Shown here: piece by piece, positions 60,182 to 64,000 of the stretch | How the letters are laid out: each line of letters opens with the position of its first letter | Numbering within the stretch: the first letter of the stretch is position 1 | NCBI GenBank assembly: GCA_021813765.1 | Contig: JAKAJM010000004.1 | Coordinates: forward strand, 4,776 to 68,775 | Direction: 5' to 3' | Source: Nitrospirota bacterium | Lineage (GTDB): Bacteria > Nitrospirota > Thermodesulfovibrionia > Thermodesulfovibrionales > JdFR-88 | Length of the DNA: 64,000 nt | Notes under the pieces: model-generated | Databases searched by the model: none | The model's input: only the letters and a program-made list of their open reading frames with translations | Told to the model about the DNA's origin: nothing | Made by a program: the position numbers and the translations under genes

Positions 60182-60217
60182 TTAACGTTTAGGTTTTCAT
60201 AAGCGCAGGGGGCGCGG

Positions 60218-61147
60218 ATGAAGATACTTCTCGCCACTGACGGGTCGGAACAATCGGAAAAGGCCGCACGCCTGATCACCAGGTTCGAGCTCAAGCCGGA
60301 CGATGAGATCACCGTCTTTCACGCCATAAGCTGGATACCGTTCCAGGAGGACAGGGAATCTTTCTACAAAAACCTTTCCTTCCTCAGACGGGAGGTCGCC
60401 GGGAAGATAATAGATTCCGCCATCGATATACTGAAGCCGGTCCCCGCACGTATAAAGACAGCCACCAGGGAAGGGTTTGCGGACAAGGCCATCCTGGAGG
60501 AGGCCGCCGGGTCGGACGTGGACCTGGTCGTGATGGGCGCAAGGGGGCTCAAAGGTGTCTCCTCCTTCCTGCTTGGCAGCGTTACAAGGAGCGCGGCAAT
60601 GCAGTCGCCAAAGCCGGTGCTGGTTGTAAAGAACATGCGCGATGGGGATGGCGGGAAAACGGCGGGGAAAAAACCCTTGCTGAACGTCCTCATGGCCACG
60701 GACGGGTCGGACTCTTCCCATGCCGCAGCCAGGTTCCTTGCCTCTATGCCCTTGCCGTCCAGAACGCCGGTCCGGCTGCTGAACGTAAGCTGGTCCGCCG
60801 TCTCCGACATCCCGGACAGATACATAATAGAGGTGGACGACCTGGTGAAACAGGAAATAGAGCGGGCCAGGGAGAATGAATATGCAGCCTCCGGGGGAAT
60901 GGTCCTTCGGGCCAGGGCGGAGCTGGAAAAGAAATTCAGCGACATAAGCGAGACCATCAGGCTTGGCGATCCGGCCGAAGAGATAATCGCAGAGGCCAGG
61001 GCGTGGGAGGCCGACATGGTGGTTGTGGGTTGCAGAGGGCTGAGGGGCATAAGGGGGATGATGGGCTCCGTCTCCAGGAAGGTCCTGGGACTTGCGGACT
61101 ACTCCGTCCTCATAGGCAGGGTCTGCGGAGAAAAAAATAACAAGTAG
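60218..61147 (+). CDS. Universal stress protein, tandem UspA domains
   Basis: 309 aa with two Usp repeats, each ending in a G-x2-G-x9-G(S/T)-type motif (VMGARGLKGVSSFLLGSVT; VVGCRGLRGIRGMMGSVS). Confidence 0.88.
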   Translation: MKILLATDGSEQSEKAARLITRFELKPDDEITVFHAISWIPFQEDRESFYKNLSFLRREVAGKIIDSAIDILKPVPARIKTATREGFADKAILEEAAGSDVDLVVMGARGLKGVSSFLLGSVTRSAAMQSPKPVLVVKNMRDGDGGKTAGKKPLLNVLMATDGSDSSHAAARFLASMPLPSRTPVRLLNVSWSAVSDIPDRYIIEVDDLVKQEIERARENEYAASGGMVLRARAELEKKFSDISETIRLGDPAEEIIAEARAWEADMVVVGCRGLRGIRGMMGSVSRKVLGLADYSVLIGRVCGEKNNK

Positions 61148-61175
61148 CCGCTCTTTCTTCCTTAAGGAGCCTCCT

Positions 61176-62903
61176 TTGGAACTGTCCCGCAACGCAAGGA
61201 AGGTCCTCAGGGCCAGATACCTGCTTAAAGATGAACACGGCGAGCCTGTTGAGACGCCCGAGGAGATGATGAGGCGGGTGTCCCGGCACATCGCGCAAGC
61301 GGAAGCGGCCTACAGTGGAGACGCCGGCACCTGGGAGGGCCGTTTTTACGAACTGCTCTCGGGCCTTAAATTCCTGCCCAACTCACCCGCGCTGATGAAC
61401 GCCGGAAAGGCCATGGGACAGCTGGCCGCCTGTTTTGTCCTGCCGGTAGAGGACTCGATGGCAAGCATCTTTGGCACCCTTAAAAACGCCGCTGGCATCC
61501 TTCAAAGCGGGGGCGGCACGGGGTTTTCCTTCTCCCATCTGAGGCCCCGGTCGGACCTGGTCCGTTCCACCATGGGTGTGGCGAGCGGCCCGGTCTCTTT
61601 CATGAAGATATACAATACGGCGACCGACGTCATAAAGCAGGGTGGGGCAAGAAGGGGCGCGAACATGGGCATCCTGAGGGTAGACCACCCTGACATCCTG
61701 GATTTCATAAAGGCAAAAAGGGCAGCGGGCGAGCTTGCCAACTTCAACATCTCCGTGGCCGTTACGGACTCCTTCATGGAGGCGCTCGCAAAGGGCGGCA
61801 GCTACAGCCTGGTGAACCCGCGCACGAACGAGCCGGTAAAGCGGGTAAGCGCAGCCGCCGTTTTCGATGAGATAGTCTCCTGCGCCTGGGAGACCGGTGA
61901 TCCAGGGCTCATTTTCATAGACGTGATAAACAGGTACAACCCGACGCCCCGCCTTGGCCGCATAGAAAGCACAAACCCCTGCGGGGAACAGCCGCTTCTT
62001 CCAAACGAGGCCTGTGTGCTCGGATCGATCAATCTCTCCAAATACGTCTCCGGCAGCCCGACTCGGATCGATTACGGGGCGCTTTCGGCCGGCGTGCAAA
62101 CGGCGGTCCGCTTCCTGGATGACGCAATAGAAGTAAACAGCTACCCCATGGCCGAGATAGAGGCCATGCACAAGGGCAACCGCAAGATAGGGCTTGGCGT
62201 CATGGGCTGGGCGGACCTGCTTGTCCTCCTGGGGATACAATATGACAGCCGGGAGGCCTTTGCCCTGGCCGAAGAGGTGATGCGTTTCATAAGCGAGGAG
62301 TCTCACAAGGCATCGGCCGTCCTGGCGGAGGAAAGGGGGGCATTCCCGAACTTCAAGGGTTCCATATGGGACAAACCCGGCGCCAGGCCCCTGCGCAATG
62401 CCACTCTTACCACCATCGCCCCGACAGGGACCATATCCATAATAGCCGACTGCTCAAGCGGCATAGAGCCGATATTCAAGATAGCGTTCAAGCGCCTAGT
62501 TCTGGACAGCGAGCTTTTTGACGTGAACAAGTATTTTGTAAGCATCGCAAAGGAGCGCGGCTTCTACAGCGACCGGCTCATGCAGGAGGTCATAAGGAGG
62601 GGGTCCCTGAGGGGTATGAAGGAGGTCCCAAGGGACGTGAAAAAGCTCTTCAGGACCGCGCACGAGATAGCGCCCGAGGACCACATAGAGATGCAGGCAG
62701 CATTCCAGAAATACACCGACAACGCCGTGTCTAAGACGATAAATCTGCCCAGGAACGCCAAAAGACAGGATGTGGCAAAAGCTTACCTTTTGGCTTATCA
62801 TAAGGGATGCAAAGGGATAACCGTTTTCAGGTACGGAACAAAAAGGAAAGGCACACTGGTCAGGCTTACGGAGGATACCAACCTGGCGGACCTGGTGGAC
62901 TAG
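61176..62903 (+). CDS. nrdJ: Adenosylcobalamin-dependent (class II) ribonucleotide reductase
   Basis: 575 aa with active-site NPCGEQPL, TIAPTGTISI and KGITVFRYG. It starts on a non-ATG codon per the track. Confidence 0.88.
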   Translation: MELSRNARKVLRARYLLKDEHGEPVETPEEMMRRVSRHIAQAEAAYSGDAGTWEGRFYELLSGLKFLPNSPALMNAGKAMGQLAACFVLPVEDSMASIFGTLKNAAGILQSGGGTGFSFSHLRPRSDLVRSTMGVASGPVSFMKIYNTATDVIKQGGARRGANMGILRVDHPDILDFIKAKRAAGELANFNISVAVTDSFMEALAKGGSYSLVNPRTNEPVKRVSAAAVFDEIVSCAWETGDPGLIFIDVINRYNPTPRLGRIESTNPCGEQPLLPNEACVLGSINLSKYVSGSPTRIDYGALSAGVQTAVRFLDDAIEVNSYPMAEIEAMHKGNRKIGLGVMGWADLLVLLGIQYDSREAFALAEEVMRFISEESHKASAVLAEERGAFPNFKGSIWDKPGARPLRNATLTTIAPTGTISIIADCSSGIEPIFKIAFKRLVLDSELFDVNKYFVSIAKERGFYSDRLMQEVIRRGSLRGMKEVPRDVKKLFRTAHEIAPEDHIEMQAAFQKYTDNAVSKTINLPRNAKRQDVAKAYLLAYHKGCKGITVFRYGTKRKGTLVRLTEDTNLADLVD

Positions 62904-62923
62904 GTTAAAAAACAGGAAAGAAA

Positions 62924-63661
62924 ATGGAAAAACCGGGAATCATTCTGGGAGTGAATGTGGACCACGTCGCAACTTTAAGGCAGGCAAGGGGAGGGGCCGA
63001 GCCGGACCCGCTGATGGGGGCGACTCTTGCGATACTTGGAGGGGCTGACGGGATAACTGTCCACCTGAGGGAAGACAGGCGCCACATAAACGACCGGGAT
63101 TTGCGGCTCATGCGCGAGCTTGTGACGGGTGTGGAGCTTAACCTGGAGATGGCTCCGGTCGGGGAGATGGTGGAAATTGCCATTTCCACAAAGCCGGAGA
63201 TGTCCACCCTGGTGCCGGAAAAAAGGCGCGAGCTTACAACGGAGGGCGGCCTGGACGTTAAGGGGGAATTCAAAAGGCTGTCCGAGGCCGTAAAGAAGCT
63301 CAAGGGTGCGGGCATCGACGTGAGTCTGTTCATAGCCCCGGATGAAAGGTCAGTGGAATGGGCGGCAAAGGCCGGGGCGCAGATGGTAGAGCTGCACACC
63401 GGGTATTATGCCAATGCGGACCGGAAGGGAATGCAGAAGGAGCTTGAGCGCGTTCGGTCCGCGATTGACATGGCCCGCGGCGCGGGGCTTCTTGTCAACG
63501 CGGGGCATGGGCTTAATTATTCGAACGTCCATCAGGTGGCGGCCCTTCCAGGGCTCCGCGGGCTTTACATAGGCCACAGCATAGTGGCCCGCGCCGTGCT
63601 CTCCGGGATGAAAGAGGCCGTAAGCGCGATGAAGTCGCTGATAACGGAAGCCCGCGGGTGA
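62924..63661 (+). CDS. pdxJ: Pyridoxine 5'-phosphate synthase
   Basis: 245 aa with LGVNVDHVATLRQARG and EPD...ITVHLREDRRHI. Confidence 0.95.
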   Translation: MEKPGIILGVNVDHVATLRQARGGAEPDPLMGATLAILGGADGITVHLREDRRHINDRDLRLMRELVTGVELNLEMAPVGEMVEIAISTKPEMSTLVPEKRRELTTEGGLDVKGEFKRLSEAVKKLKGAGIDVSLFIAPDERSVEWAAKAGAQMVELHTGYYANADRKGMQKELERVRSAIDMARGAGLLVNAGHGLNYSNVHQVAALPGLRGLYIGHSIVARAVLSGMKEAVSAMKSLITEARG

Positions 63662-64000
63662 TAAAAGGCGTAGGCGTGGATATAGTGAAGATAAAGAGGA
63701 TAGGGTCCGCCGTGGACAGGTGGGGACGGAGGTTCCTTGAAAGGGTATTTACGGCGGAGGAAATAGATTCATGCTATGGGAAGGCCGAGCCTTACGCCTC
63801 GCTTGCGGTGCGCTTTGCCGCCAAGGAAGCGGTTATGAAGGCGTCGGGGCTTGCGGGCGGTAAAACGAGGGGGGGGATGAAAATATCCTTCAGGGATATA
63901 GAAATAGTGAACCAGGCCTCGGGGGCCCCGGCGATCAGGAAAACAGGAAAGCTGGAGGCGGCCCTTGCCGCGGCGGGAATAAAGGACATACACCTCAGCC
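63658..64000 (+). CDS. acpS: Holo-[acyl-carrier-protein] synthase, 3' end cut by the window edge
   Basis: GTG start in a GTGA overlap with the pdxJ stop. The translation is (M)IKGVGVDIVKIKRI...FLERVFTAEE...ASLAVRFAAKEAVMKA...IHLS. It is not in the ORF track on this strand. Confidence 0.8.
   Translation, partial: MIKGVGVDIVKIKRIGSAVDRWGRRFLERVFTAEEIDSCYGKAEPYASLAVRFAAKEAVMKASGLAGGKTRGGMKISFRDIEIVNQASGAPAIRKTGKLEAALAAAGIKDIHLS

Noticed and set aside
61176-62903. NrdJ appears short (575 aa) and ends soon after KGITVFRYG, with no cysteine pair in the tail. This could indicate a split or unusual class II reductase.
   Set aside because: I cannot verify from memory whether this short architecture is common. 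No NrdJb-like gene follows (pdxJ is next). A database alignment would be needed before calling it unusual.

Overview
This 64-kb window looks like chromosomal DNA from a diderm (outer-membrane) bacterium. By eye it is moderately GC-rich, with frequent AGG (Arg) and ATA (Ile) codons. About 58 protein-coding genes are supportable, and most are housekeeping. They include panC-ispG-mltG, deoA, a tetR-MFS pair, hcp, asd, cimA, a serC-like aminotransferase with serA and purA, and a bamA-skp-lpxD-fabZ-lpxA-lpxI cluster. Also present are pabB/trpE-like, pyrF, dcd, rny-ymdB, surE, purM, glnA, an LPS-core heptosyltransferase operon, usp, nrdJ, pdxJ and acpS. I found no rRNA, tRNA, CRISPR array, transposase, integrase or recognisable defence system. 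A decayed accessory patch lies at about 33.3-38.7 kb. It contains an in-frame TAG inside a TPR glycosyltransferase gene, a multiply frameshifted and truncated APC-permease remnant, hairpin repeats, and a small DUF1328 gene missing from the ORF track. The most unusual signals are non-coding. (i) A ~150-nt GC-rich element occurs at 25.67-25.81 kb and 56.49-56.64 kb, and its outer helix changes sequence between copies but stays complementary. (ii) A ~75-nt arm module with a CGGC-GAAA-GCCG hairpin forms a perfect 19-bp inverted repeat around the first copy and recurs just 3' of several stop codons. (iii) The two halves of that composite element bracket an MFS-cupin gene pair in permuted order. (iv) Two further repeat families are present: nested palindromes at 2.7 and 35.7 kb, and ATTCCC...GGGAAT hairpins. 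All functional readings of these elements are hypotheses. Caveat: my base-by-base reading disagrees by one base with the ORF-track translations around 49020-49081, so single-base coordinates taken from raw sequence may be off by 1.
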